From Candidatus Shapirobacteria bacterium (lineage in GTDB: Bacteria > Patescibacteriota > Microgenomatia > UBA12405), in contig JBAZYN010000001.1 of NCBI GenBank assembly GCA_041659325.1, positions 3,098 through 67,097 of the forward strand: 64,000 nucleotides of DNA, in the 5' to 3' direction. Below the pieces are notes generated by a model that was given only the letters and a program-made list of their open reading frames with translations, searched no databases and had not been told where the DNA came from. The position numbers were made by a program, and so were the translations under genes. Shown here in pieces: positions 36,671 through 46,060 of this stretch; within the stretch, counting starts at the first letter, position 1, and each line of letters opens with the position of its first letter.

Positions 36671-37417
36671 ATGAAAAATACCACCTCAATTTATCAGGAA
36701 ATAAATAATAAACTGGATAGCCTCGGTAACAAAGGCACCCCGAAAGACCGAGCCTGGGTGCAAAAATATCTTGGTTCTGACAAGACCACTCTGTGCGTCA
36801 AAACCGGTGATATCAAAAAAATTGCCAAGGATATTTCCAAAAAATATGACTTTGACAAAAATTCGCTCGTAAATCTTCTGGACTTAATTTATTCAAAAGC
36901 TACCACCTTTGAAGAAATGGCAGTTGCCGCAAGTTTGTTGGGTGCTCTTCCAAAAATTAAATCCCGTCTCGACCCCGAAAGCCTCGATAATTGGCTTTTA
37001 TTTACCGTTGGTTGGGCCGAAACAGATGTTCTATGTCAGTCAAACTTTACTGCCGATGATCTTTTAAACAATTGGCATAGGTGGCAAAAATTTTTAAGAT
37101 ATTTGGCAAAATCCGATAATATCCACAAAAGACGGGCTTCAATGGTCCTTCTTTGCAAATCGCTGCGCCAATCGGACGATCCAAGATTGATGAATTTTGC
37201 ATTCGAACAAATCGAGAAACTAAAACATGAAAAAGAGATTCTTATCACCAAAGCCGTTTCCTGGTTGCTTCGTTCTCTGGTTAAATTCCACCCCCGCGAA
37301 TTGTCTGAGTATTTAAATAACCATCAAACCACTTTGCCAAAAATCGCCTACCGTGAAGCCAACAGCAAACTACTGACAGGCAAAAAATATGTCAACAAAT
37401 CCAAAAAATTTAATTAA
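36671..37417 (+). CDS. DNA alkylation repair enzyme (AlkD-like)
   Basis: GWAETD, KRRAS, KAVSWLLR motifs. Confidence 0.85.
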   Translation: MKNTTSIYQEINNKLDSLGNKGTPKDRAWVQKYLGSDKTTLCVKTGDIKKIAKDISKKYDFDKNSLVNLLDLIYSKATTFEEMAVAASLLGALPKIKSRLDPESLDNWLLFTVGWAETDVLCQSNFTADDLLNNWHRWQKFLRYLAKSDNIHKRRASMVLLCKSLRQSDDPRLMNFAFEQIEKLKHEKEILITKAVSWLLRSLVKFHPRELSEYLNNHQTTLPKIAYREANSKLLTGKKYVNKSKKFN

Positions 37418-37736
37418 CTTTTTCCGGGAATAGTTTTCCTTTTGGTTTATGGAGCTTGTCACCAATTTCAAATTTATCCCACATTTCTTTGGATAAGCCA
37501 ATTTTTCTGTCTCGCCCTACCGACATTTTAACTACCAAAAAATAAAAATGGTTGACTTTGTGGTTGTCATCAAAATCCCGGGTCTCATTGTGTTTTTTGT
37601 CAATTACTTCTCCTGTCCATTCTTCATTTTTTGATTTCATAACCAACTTAACAATAAAGCCCAAAAAGGCCAGTATCAAAACTAAAAAAACTCCAAAAAA
37701 CAAGATCATCGGTCCGAAAACTACTGCTTTTTCCAT
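37410..37736 (-). CDS. Hypothetical membrane-anchored protein
   Basis: N-terminal TM; WTGEVIDK...IGDKLHKPKG OB-like domain. Confidence 0.75.
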   Translation of the reverse strand: MEKAVVFGPMILFFGVFLVLILAFLGFIVKLVMKSKNEEWTGEVIDKKHNETRDFDDNHKVNHFYFLVVKMSVGRDRKIGLSKEMWDKFEIGDKLHKPKGKLFPEKVN

Positions 37737-37969
37737 AATTTTATGTATGGTTTATATAAATTAATAATGTTTTCAATAAATTTTTGATGTCCGGGGATTA
37801 GTCTGATAATCGAGTAATGAACACCTATAACCATAAAAGTTGCCCCTATCGGAATCAAAAAAAAGCCAATCAGTATTGGTAACAAAAAAAATCCCAACAT
37901 AAGCAAAACAAATCCGATAATCGTGTATCTATTCGGCGCAAAAATAAATTGTAAAATAGTCATTATCAT
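37721..37969 (-). CDS. Small membrane protein
   Basis: Two hydrophobic segments; overlaps the downstream gene. Confidence 0.6.
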   Translation of the reverse strand: MIMTILQFIFAPNRYTIIGFVLLMLGFFLLPILIGFFLIPIGATFMVIGVHYSIIRLIPGHQKFIENIINLYKPYIKLWKKQ

Positions 37970-38002
37970 AGGGTGAGCAAATAATTATATCACCGCTCAG
38001 TT

Positions 38003-38260
38003 ATGTACTATCTTTACATCTTAAAATGCGCGGACAAAACCCTGTATACCGGCATCACCACCAATCTGGATCGAAGGCTCAAAGAACACAACTCATCTGC
38101 CCTGGGCTCAAAATATACTCGTACTCGGCGGCCGGTTGTCCTCATCTATTCACAAAAATTCCCCGACCGTTCCTCTGCCACAATTGAGGAATCGCGGATA
38201 AAAAAATTATCGAGACGGGAAAAACTAATCTTCAGCCAAATTTCAGCTTCGGGGGTATAA
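38003..38260 (+). CDS. GIY-YIG nuclease, UPF0213/YhbQ-like
   Basis: YLYILKCAD..LYTGIT...RR..EHN...KYTR. Confidence 0.9.
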   Translation: MYYLYILKCADKTLYTGITTNLDRRLKEHNSSALGSKYTRTRRPVVLIYSQKFPDRSSATIEESRIKKLSRREKLIFSQISASGV

Positions 38261-38261
38261 T
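38230..38261 (+). promoter_or_regulatory. Response-regulator box and -10 (autoregulatory promoter)
   Basis: cttcag ccaaa tttcag-9 bp-TATAAT. Confidence 0.7.
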
Positions 38262-38270
38262 AAGCCCTGT

Positions 38271-38945
38271 ATGAGAATTTTAGTAGTCGAAGACGAGCAC
38301 CGGATAGCCAACTCAATTAAAAAAGGTTTGGAACAGGAAAAATATGTCGTCGATGTTAGCTATGACGGTGAAGAAGGTTTTGACCTTGCCTCCTCCGAAA
38401 GTTATGACCTACTAATTCTTGATTTGATGCTTCCAAAAATGGACGGCTTGCAGATTTGCAAAAAGATAAGACTTGGCGGTAACCATGTCCCGATTTTAAT
38501 TCTCACTGCCAAAAGCCAGATCGAAGATAAAGTGGGTGGGCTAAATAGCGGCGCCGATGATTATCTGACAAAACCCTTTGCTTTCGAAGAATTACTAGCC
38601 AGAATTAGAGCCCTGACAAGACGCCCGAAAAATATAATGGACCCTACCCTGAAAGTAGATGATTTGGTCTTAAACACGATAAACTTCGAAGTAAAAAGGA
38701 ATGGAAGATTAATAAAATTATCAAGCAAAGAATACACTCTTTTGGAGGTGTTAATGAGACATCCCCGTCAGATTCTAACCAAGGAACAAATTATCAGTCA
38801 CGTTTGGGATTATGAAGCCGATGTCCTGCCAAACACCGTCGAAGTCTATATCAGAAACCTACGAAACAAAATTGATAAGCCGTTTTCTACCTCACTTATT
38901 CAAACGATTAGAGGTTTTGGTTACAAAATAGGGAAAAATGTTTAA
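38271..38945 (+). CDS. OmpR/PhoB-family response regulator
   Basis: VVEDE, LDLMLP, GADDYLTKPF; winged helix TIRGFGY. Confidence 0.96.
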   Translation: MRILVVEDEHRIANSIKKGLEQEKYVVDVSYDGEEGFDLASSESYDLLILDLMLPKMDGLQICKKIRLGGNHVPILILTAKSQIEDKVGGLNSGADDYLTKPFAFEELLARIRALTRRPKNIMDPTLKVDDLVLNTINFEVKRNGRLIKLSSKEYTLLEVLMRHPRQILTKEQIISHVWDYEADVLPNTVEVYIRNLRNKIDKPFSTSLIQTIRGFGYKIGKNV

Positions 38946-39912
38946 AGCCGCCAGACTCAAGCTAACTTTGTGGTATTTGCTAATCATTATGTTTATAAGT
39001 ATCGCTTTTAGTGGTGTCATTTATCGCCTAGTCAGTATCGAAATCGAAAGGTTTGCCAGATCACCCCGCTTTCGGCTAGATAATATGATGATCTACGAAT
39101 CAATGATCGATGAAGCCCAAGGTAGAGTGGCTTTATCCCTGATAGAACTAAATGGGGTGATCCTGGTTGTTTCCGGCACCCTCGGTTACGTTTTAGCCGG
39201 TATTACCCTGGCCCCGATTCAAAAAATGGTCGAGGAGCAAAAAAGATTCGTCGGCGATGCCTCTCATGAACTCAGGACTCCTCTGACCGCCCTTAAGTCC
39301 ATGTTGGAAGTCGGCCTAAGGGACAAGAAGATGACTCTAAAAGACGCCAGAAAGCTAATCAGAGAAGGCATAGAAGAGGGTGACAAGCTGACAAATCTTT
39401 CCGACTCGTTACTGGAACTGGCCAGGCTTGAAAGTAATGGTAACAAAATAGATTCCGTAAAATTAAAAGTCTCTGAAATCGTAGAAGAAGCCATAAAAAA
39501 AATCTCCCCCCAGGCCAAAAAGAAAAATATAAAAATCGTCAAACTGACAAACCATGTCCAAATTAAAGGCAATAAGGAAAAAATAACTGAACTCCTCTTG
39601 ATACTGTTGGATAATGCCGTCAAGTACAGCCCTGACAATACGAAAATTACCATTCAAGCCAAACAGATCAAAAATTATGTAGTCATCAAAGTAATTGATC
39701 GCGGGATTGGTATAAGTACCACAGATTTACCCCACATCTTCGAAAGATTTTATAGATCAGATTCGGCCAGAAGCAAGACGGGCGAAGGTGGTTACGGGTT
39801 AGGTTTGGCTATTGCCAAAAAGATAGTCGACCAACATTCTGGTAGTATAGCCGTGATAAGCTCCGTCGGCCATGGCACTGAGTTCAAAATCACCTTACCA
39901 CTTTTCAGCTAA
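38938..39912 (+). CDS. Sensor histidine kinase (short extracytoplasmic loop)
   Basis: 2 TM; SHELRTP; LDNAVKY; DRGIG; FERFYR; GLGLAI. Confidence 0.95.
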   Translation: MFKAARLKLTLWYLLIIMFISIAFSGVIYRLVSIEIERFARSPRFRLDNMMIYESMIDEAQGRVALSLIELNGVILVVSGTLGYVLAGITLAPIQKMVEEQKRFVGDASHELRTPLTALKSMLEVGLRDKKMTLKDARKLIREGIEEGDKLTNLSDSLLELARLESNGNKIDSVKLKVSEIVEEAIKKISPQAKKKNIKIVKLTNHVQIKGNKEKITELLLILLDNAVKYSPDNTKITIQAKQIKNYVVIKVIDRGIGISTTDLPHIFERFYRSDSARSKTGEGGYGLGLAIAKKIVDQHSGSIAVISSVGHGTEFKITLPLFS

Positions 39913-39935
39913 ATTTCAGTCATTATAAATAAACT
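39903..39935 (+). promoter_or_regulatory. Response-regulator box and -10 upstream of the efflux operon
   Basis: tttcag ctaaa tttcag-10 bp-TAAACT-6 bp-ATG. Confidence 0.7.
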
Positions 39936-39941
39936 CGGGCC

Positions 39942-41168
39942 ATGAAAATGAACATAAAAATTAAGATTATACTAATAACTGCACTAATCATTACTGCTAG
40001 CCTTTTTGCATATAATAAATTCAAATCCGGTCAAATAGCCAAGCCCCAATATCAAACCGCCAAAGTTGAAAGAGGTTCCCTCATCGTATCCCTTGCCACT
40101 TCAGGCCAAGTTGCCGCTACCAACAGCCGAACCGTTACCACCACCGCCTCGGGTGTGGTAAAAAAGATATTTGTAAAAGAAGGGCAAACTGTCAAAACCG
40201 GTACTCCGATTCTGGAAATTGATCTTGATCTAAATGGCCGGCAAAAACTACAAGCCGCCTACTCCTCTTATCAGTCTGCTCAAAACAGTCTCAAGTCAGC
40301 CCAGGATAAAATATGGAGTTTGGAAAGCGATCTTGTTGGCGCAAAAAATGTTTTTGAAAATCAGTGGGCAAACCAATCTCCCGACGACCCGACCTATATT
40401 CAAAAACACAATGCTTATCTGACTGCTCAGGCAAGTTACGACAATCTCAAAAATACTATCAAGCAATCCCAGGCTTCTCTCGAATCAAGCCGTCTCTCCT
40501 ATCAGTTGGCCGGAGCCACTGTTTATGCTCCGATTTCCGGCACTGTTTCCGCTATTTCTCTGACGCCTGGAATGATTTTAAATCCGACCAGTGATTCCGG
40601 TAATAGCAGCAACATCGAAAATAAAATTGCTATTGTTAAGACAAATGCTACCCCCGCCATCACTGTTAGCCTTACCGAAATTGACGTCCCCAAAGCCAAA
40701 GTCGGCAATAAAGCCACAATTACCATCGACGCTTTGCCTGACAAAACTTTTACCGGCAAAATTATCGCCATCGATACTGCCGGAATCGTCAGTTCAGGAG
40801 TAGTAAGTTATCCGACCACCATCCAGCTTGACTCAGAAGCCCCCGGGGTTTTGTCAAACATGTCCGCCTCAGCTAATATTATTACTAATTTTAAAGATGA
40901 TGTCCTTATTGTTCCAAACAGCGCGGTTCAGGGAAGTGGTGGTGACACCGCTGTTAGAGTTATGGTCGGTGGTGAAGTTCAAAATAAAACTATCGAAATT
41001 GGAATTCAATCCGAAAGCCAGACAGAAATAATCGCCGGTCTAAACGAAGGAGAGGATGTTGTAACCTCGGTCACAAATTCAACCACGAATACTACCACCT
41101 CAACCACCACCTCTCCGTTTGGCAATATTAGAGGCGCCGGCGGCGGAATGATAATGAGGCGGGATTAG
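39942..41168 (+). CDS. MacA-like membrane fusion / adaptor protein
   Basis: TM; SGVVKKIFVKEGQTVKTG lipoyl half; coiled coil; APISGTV; GLNEGE. Confidence 0.9.
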   Translation: MKMNIKIKIILITALIITASLFAYNKFKSGQIAKPQYQTAKVERGSLIVSLATSGQVAATNSRTVTTTASGVVKKIFVKEGQTVKTGTPILEIDLDLNGRQKLQAAYSSYQSAQNSLKSAQDKIWSLESDLVGAKNVFENQWANQSPDDPTYIQKHNAYLTAQASYDNLKNTIKQSQASLESSRLSYQLAGATVYAPISGTVSAISLTPGMILNPTSDSGNSSNIENKIAIVKTNATPAITVSLTEIDVPKAKVGNKATITIDALPDKTFTGKIIAIDTAGIVSSGVVSYPTTIQLDSEAPGVLSNMSASANIITNFKDDVLIVPNSAVQGSGGDTAVRVMVGGEVQNKTIEIGIQSESQTEIIAGLNEGEDVVTSVTNSTTNTTTSTTTSPFGNIRGAGGGMIMRRD

Positions 41169-41170
41169 CT

Positions 41171-41875
41171 ATGAACCCAGATTCGATCATCAAAGTAACC
41201 AAGCTCTCAAAAACTTACCGGAATGACTCGGTGGAAACCGTTGCCCTCAGAAATGTTTCATTCGAAGTTAAAAAAGGGGAATTTGTCGCCATCATGGGGC
41301 CATCCGGCTCCGGAAAATCGACCTTGATGCATATTTTGGGGGCTCTCGATACCCCGACTTCGGGCGAATATATTTTAGACGGCGAAAATGTTGGCATTCT
41401 GTCAGACGACGATCTGGCCACCATTAGAAACAAAAAAATTGGTTTTATTTTCCAATCTTTCAATCTCTTACCACGCACCACCGCTCTCAAAAATGTCATG
41501 TTACCCATGGCCTATGCCGGAGTCGACAAGGATGTCCGGGAAATTATAGCCAAAAAGTATCTTAAACTGGTCGGACTTGAAGACAGAATGCAACACACCA
41601 GTAACCAGCTTTCCGGTGGCCAACAACAGCGGGTTGCCATTGCCCGTGCTCTGGTCAACGATCCGGCCATGATCTTAGCTGATGAACCGACTGGTAATAT
41701 CGCCTCCGACCAGGCCGAAGAAATAATGAAAATATTTCAAAAGCTAAATTCCGAGGGCAGAACCGTAATTCTAATTACTCACGAGCCCGACATCGCCCAC
41801 TATGCTAAAAGGGTTATCGTCATTAAAGACGGAAACATCGTCCAGGATCGGCTTAATGGAAGGAAAAAAATATGA
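41171..41875 (+). CDS. ABC transporter ATP-binding protein (MacB/LolD-like)
   Basis: [22 protein letters not shown]. Confidence 0.95.
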   Translation: MNPDSIIKVTKLSKTYRNDSVETVALRNVSFEVKKGEFVAIMGPSGSGKSTLMHILGALDTPTSGEYILDGENVGILSDDDLATIRNKKIGFIFQSFNLLPRTTALKNVMLPMAYAGVDKDVREIIAKKYLKLVGLEDRMQHTSNQLSGGQQQRVAIARALVNDPAMILADEPTGNIASDQAEEIMKIFQKLNSEGRTVILITHEPDIAHYAKRVIVIKDGNIVQDRLNGRKKI

Positions 41876-43092
41876 AACTTTGGGAAACAATTATCGAAAG
41901 TATTAGCACTTTAAGTTTAAACAAAATGAGAACCGGTTTGGCGGCTCTGGGAATTATCATCGGTATCGGCAGTGTCATCGCTCTGGTTTCCATTGGTCAG
42001 GGGAGTCAAAAAGCCATCGAAACCCAAATTCAATCACTCGGTGCTAATTTGCTGACAGTCATGCCGGGTAGTCAACGCAGCGGAAATGTCCGGACATCTT
42101 CCGGCAATACTACCCTTACCCTTGAAGATGCCAATGCCATTATGTCCTCTTCGCAGATCACCGCCGTCCAGAGTGTCTCCCCCGAATTATCCAGAAGATT
42201 CCAAATAATTGCCGGTAAAAATAATACCAATACACAGGTATATGGAGTATATCCTGCGTATTCTCAAATCAGAAAGGTAAATCTGACCAGTGGTGTTTTT
42301 ATCAGTCAAATGGATGTAGATTCACTGTCCAGAGTAGCTGTTCTGGGGCCTACTACTGCCACCAATCTTTTTGGCGAAGGTGTCGATCCCCTCGGCCAAA
42401 CTATCCGAATCAACAAGCAGAGCTTTAGAGTTGTCGGTGTTACCGAAAGTAAGGGCGGCAGCGGTTTCAACAATCAGGACGACATCATTTTTGCCCCGCT
42501 TTCTACCGTTCAAAAACAGTTGGCCGGAGTTGACTATCTTAGCTCTATCGCCGTTGAAGCCAAATCACAAAATCTGATGACTGAAGCGCAAAATCAAGTC
42601 GGCTATTTCCTGTTGGAGCGTCACAAGTTAAGTGATCCTGTTGATGCTGATTTTTCTATTATGTCTCAAAGTGATATTTTAAACACCGCTTCACAAGTCA
42701 CGGGAACTTTTACCACCCTTTTAAGCGGTATTGCGGCCATATCCCTACTGGTTGGGGGAATCGGCATTATGAATATCATGTTGGTTACCGTTACCGAACG
42801 GACTCGGGAAATTGGTCTCCGCAAAGCCTTGGGCGCCAAACGGAAAACAATTATTACCCAATTTTTAGTCGAATCAGTTATTTTGACCTTCTTCGGAGGA
42901 TTAATCGGGATGATTTTCGGTATTGCAATATCGCTTATCCTTTCAAAGCTTTTAAATTTTCCCAGCGCTATTTCTCTGTCCTCAATTCTCCTGGCTGTCA
43001 GCGTCTCCGGATTTATTGGCATTGTTTTTGGTTGGTATCCGGCCCAACGAGCTTCAAAACTTGCTCCGATTGAAGCTCTCCGTTATGAATAA
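41872..43092 (+). CDS. MacB/FtsX-type ABC permease
   Basis: GIIIGIGSV, GGIGIMNIMLV, ERTREIG, PIEALRYE. Confidence 0.95.
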   Translation: MKLWETIIESISTLSLNKMRTGLAALGIIIGIGSVIALVSIGQGSQKAIETQIQSLGANLLTVMPGSQRSGNVRTSSGNTTLTLEDANAIMSSSQITAVQSVSPELSRRFQIIAGKNNTNTQVYGVYPAYSQIRKVNLTSGVFISQMDVDSLSRVAVLGPTTATNLFGEGVDPLGQTIRINKQSFRVVGVTESKGGSGFNNQDDIIFAPLSTVQKQLAGVDYLSSIAVEAKSQNLMTEAQNQVGYFLLERHKLSDPVDADFSIMSQSDILNTASQVTGTFTTLLSGIAAISLLVGGIGIMNIMLVTVTERTREIGLRKALGAKRKTIITQFLVESVILTFFGGLIGMIFGIAISLILSKLLNFPSAISLSSILLAVSVSGFIGIVFGWYPAQRASKLAPIEALRYE

Positions 43093-43094
43093 CT

Positions 43095-43127
43095 TTTAAG
43101 CTTCACTTCAGTTTCAAACAATATGAT
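43095..43127 (+). promoter_or_regulatory. Response-regulator box and -10
   Basis: tttaag cttca cttcag-10 bp-TATGAT. Confidence 0.65.
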
Positions 43128-43149
43128 TAATTATTAACAAAAAAAAACT

Positions 43150-43593
43150 ATGGCAAAACAAAACAACATAATTTGGGTTCTTTTAATCGTTTTATTTACT
43201 GGGGCTGGTTTTTTTGGTGGCACAAAGTATCAACTTAGTAAAATCGTTTCCCAAAGGGGTCAATTTGGTGACCGGATGTTATCCGGAGCGGTCGGTAATA
43301 ATACTCAGGCCAATAGAATGCGTCTCGGTGGGGGGCAAATAGTTGGTGAAATTTCCGCTCAGGACGAAAACACCATAACAGTAAATTTACCCGACGGTAG
43401 CTCAAAAATTATTCTCCTATCCGAAAAAACTGCCATCAACAAAGCTAGCCAGGGTTTATTAACTGACCTAAAAGTCGGCGAAAAAGTCGCTATTTTCGGT
43501 TCAGTAAACACCGATGGAAGCGTTACGGCTCAAAACATTCAGCTCAATCCTATTGTCGGGAATACCCAAATTACCCCCCCGGTTCAACCTTAA
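43150..43593 (+). CDS. Membrane-anchored OB-fold (DUF5666-like) protein
   Basis: TM ending GFFGG; GEI...ITV...DLKVGEKV..G....DGSVTA..IQ. Confidence 0.72.
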   Translation: MAKQNNIIWVLLIVLFTGAGFFGGTKYQLSKIVSQRGQFGDRMLSGAVGNNTQANRMRLGGGQIVGEISAQDENTITVNLPDGSSKIILLSEKTAINKASQGLLTDLKVGEKVAIFGSVNTDGSVTAQNIQLNPIVGNTQITPPVQP

Positions 43594-43597
43594 TTTT

Positions 43598-44080
43598 TTA
43601 TGCACTCAAATTTTGTTGCAGTTTCTTTCGTACAGCATCAGCCTCGGTTTTAGTCACATAAGAGAATTCATTTACCAGGTGTGTCATTATGGACTCCAAA
43701 ATTTCCTGATCACTTCTGGAAAAAGTCTCGTTCATTTCTTTCTTCTTGAGCCACAAAGCTTTCAAAAGCGGTAACGTCTTTACGGGATCGTTTAGGCACA
43801 GTATGTCCTTATAAAGTTTATAGTCAATAACTTCCAGAGGGCTCGTTTTTTTTATCGTTTTCATAAATGCTTCTATTTCACTTTTCGACATTAATTTCCT
43901 CAAGCCCGCCTTCTGCGCATTATTGGTAGGGATTGCTCCGGTCATCCTGGGCCCCGAATTATTTAGAGGTTTGTAATAGAGATATTCACGGCTTTCAGAG
44001 GCAGATATTTTCTGGTTTTTAATCTCGTAAACCAAATAAATATGATCCGAATCAATTATTTTTTCTCCAACCTTAAACAT
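43598..44080 (-). CDS. CarD-like transcription factor (divergent)
   Basis: MFKVGEKII N-terminus, IPT...GLRKL, helical C-terminal domain ending LVNEFSYV. Confidence 0.65.
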   Translation of the reverse strand: MFKVGEKIIDSDHIYLVYEIKNQKISASESREYLYYKPLNNSGPRMTGAIPTNNAQKAGLRKLMSKSEIEAFMKTIKKTSPLEVIDYKLYKDILCLNDPVKTLPLLKALWLKKKEMNETFSRSDQEILESIMTHLVNEFSYVTKTEADAVRKKLQQNLSA

Positions 44081-44164
44081 ACCAGTACTCTTCATATATA
44101 GAAACAAGCTCGGTCAAAAAATAAACTATCTCAAATCTTGTGACCTATTATACCATTTTTCCGC

Positions 44165-45931
44165 TCAATTTGGCGTCATCAGCCCCCCACTTTCCTGTTC
44201 TAGTTTTCCTCGAGCCTGAAGTTCCCACAACTTCCTATATATCCCATTGTCAATTTCCAGTAATTCCTGATGCGTTCCTGTTTCCGCAATTTTCCCTTTA
44301 TCCATGACAATAATTTTATCTGCCCTTCTGATAGTTGAAAACCGATGGGCAATTATCAAAACCGTCCTGTTGGCAGCCGTTTTCCATAAAGCGTCCTGTA
44401 CTAGACCTTCTGATTCTGAATCCAGGTTACTGGTCGCCTCATCAAAAATTAATACTTTAGGGTTAATAAGCATGGCCCTGGCGATGGCCAATCTTTGTTT
44501 TTGTCCCCCCGAGAGCTTGATTCCTCTTTCTCCGACCTGAGTCTCATATTTTTCCGGTAGCTCCTCGATAAATTTATCCAAATTAGCTAATTTTGCCGCC
44601 GCTTTAATAGAACCAAGGCCGACATCTTTGTTTCCATAACCGATGTTAAAACCGATGGTATTATTAAACAATACAGGCTCCTGCGGAACCACCCCCATAA
44701 ACGATCGCAAATAACTCTTATCCATGTCTCTGATATCTATTCCGTCTAGCATTATTTTCCCGGAAGTCAGATCATAAAATCTTAATATCAGTTTAACCAG
44801 TGTGGTTTTCCCGGCTCCGGATCTTCCCACAAAAGCCACCGACTGTCCCGGCTCAATCAATAAATTAATTTTTCCCAAAACCTTCTTTTTGTTTCCCGGA
44901 TATGAAAACTCGGCATCTTCGAGTTCTATTTTTCCTCTCACAAGCTCGATTTTTTTTGATACACCGGGGTCTTTAACGATAATGTCATCGTCAAGAATAT
45001 CAAAATATTTTCCCAAATCAATAAAACTCTTGGCGATATTTCTAAACTGGAAAAATAGTCCGAAAAATCGATAATAAAACCCGGATACGAAACTGGATAC
45101 CATCACAAAATCGCCAAGGCCAATCTGTTGTTTAGTCAACATTCTCACCATAACTGCCAATATTACAAATAACCCTAGGTTGGAGATGGTGCCGATTGAT
45201 ATATCCATCAAACGGAAGCTATTACTAAAGCGCCACATTTTAATAAACCAGTCTTTGAATTCAGTCCTCAATCGGTTTTCCTCCTGATCTTCCTGGGCAA
45301 AAAATTTTACAGTTTCGTAATTTATTAAATTATCGGTAATAATGCCGGAAATTCTGTCTTCCGAATCATTAAATTCCTTTCTTGTTTTAAGATTAAACTT
45401 TATCAGCAAACTCATCACCGCGACATTAATTACGAATAGTCCGAGCATTACAACCAATATTACCGAGTTGATTTTTGAAAAGAAAAAAAGTACCACCCCC
45501 AGGCTGACTATGGTTTTTAATACCTCGTGGTGAAAGTTCTGGAACAGATTAAAAAACGCCCCGTCGCCTCTTTTAAAAGCCGAGATCAGTGATCCGGTAT
45601 TTTTATTTACATGAAAAGCAAAGTCCAAATCCTGGATTTTTTTAAACACCGCTATCCTGGCATCCCTTGCCGCCGGTATCTGAATTTTATCGCCCAAATA
45701 AATCGACAATGCATCGATAAAGTTCGATGTTATTCTCATCCCAACCAGCCCCAAAAGTAAGCCAAAAAGTACTTCAAAGTTTCCTTTACTGGCGTTATCA
45801 ATTAACAGCTTTAATATATATGGGCTCAGGTTTTCCAATATCCCCGACGCCACCAAAGTGACTATAAAAACCAAAAAACTGGTTTTATATCTAAAAATAA
45901 ATTGGTAGAATTTAACAAAAGTTTTGGCCAT
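44165..45931 (-). CDS. ABC exporter, fused TMD-NBD (ABCB/Atm1-like)
   Basis: NYETVKFF; GRSGAGKT; LSGGQKQR; FDEATS. Confidence 0.93.
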   Translation of the reverse strand: MAKTFVKFYQFIFRYKTSFLVFIVTLVASGILENLSPYILKLLIDNASKGNFEVLFGLLLGLVGMRITSNFIDALSIYLGDKIQIPAARDARIAVFKKIQDLDFAFHVNKNTGSLISAFKRGDGAFFNLFQNFHHEVLKTIVSLGVVLFFFSKINSVILVVMLGLFVINVAVMSLLIKFNLKTRKEFNDSEDRISGIITDNLINYETVKFFAQEDQEENRLRTEFKDWFIKMWRFSNSFRLMDISIGTISNLGLFVILAVMVRMLTKQQIGLGDFVMVSSFVSGFYYRFFGLFFQFRNIAKSFIDLGKYFDILDDDIIVKDPGVSKKIELVRGKIELEDAEFSYPGNKKKVLGKINLLIEPGQSVAFVGRSGAGKTTLVKLILRFYDLTSGKIMLDGIDIRDMDKSYLRSFMGVVPQEPVLFNNTIGFNIGYGNKDVGLGSIKAAAKLANLDKFIEELPEKYETQVGERGIKLSGGQKQRLAIARAMLINPKVLIFDEATSNLDSESEGLVQDALWKTAANRTVLIIAHRFSTIRRADKIIVMDKGKIAETGTHQELLEIDNGIYRKLWELQARGKLEQESGGLMTPN

Positions 45932-46060
45932 AAAACCCCACAAAAACTCTTAAATGGGCAAGGAAAATTATAATCCCAAAATCATCCAATACAATAGGCA
46001 AATTATAATCAAAAAAAGTTATTTTGTGTTTTAACAAAATCCATCTAGTACAATAGCATT

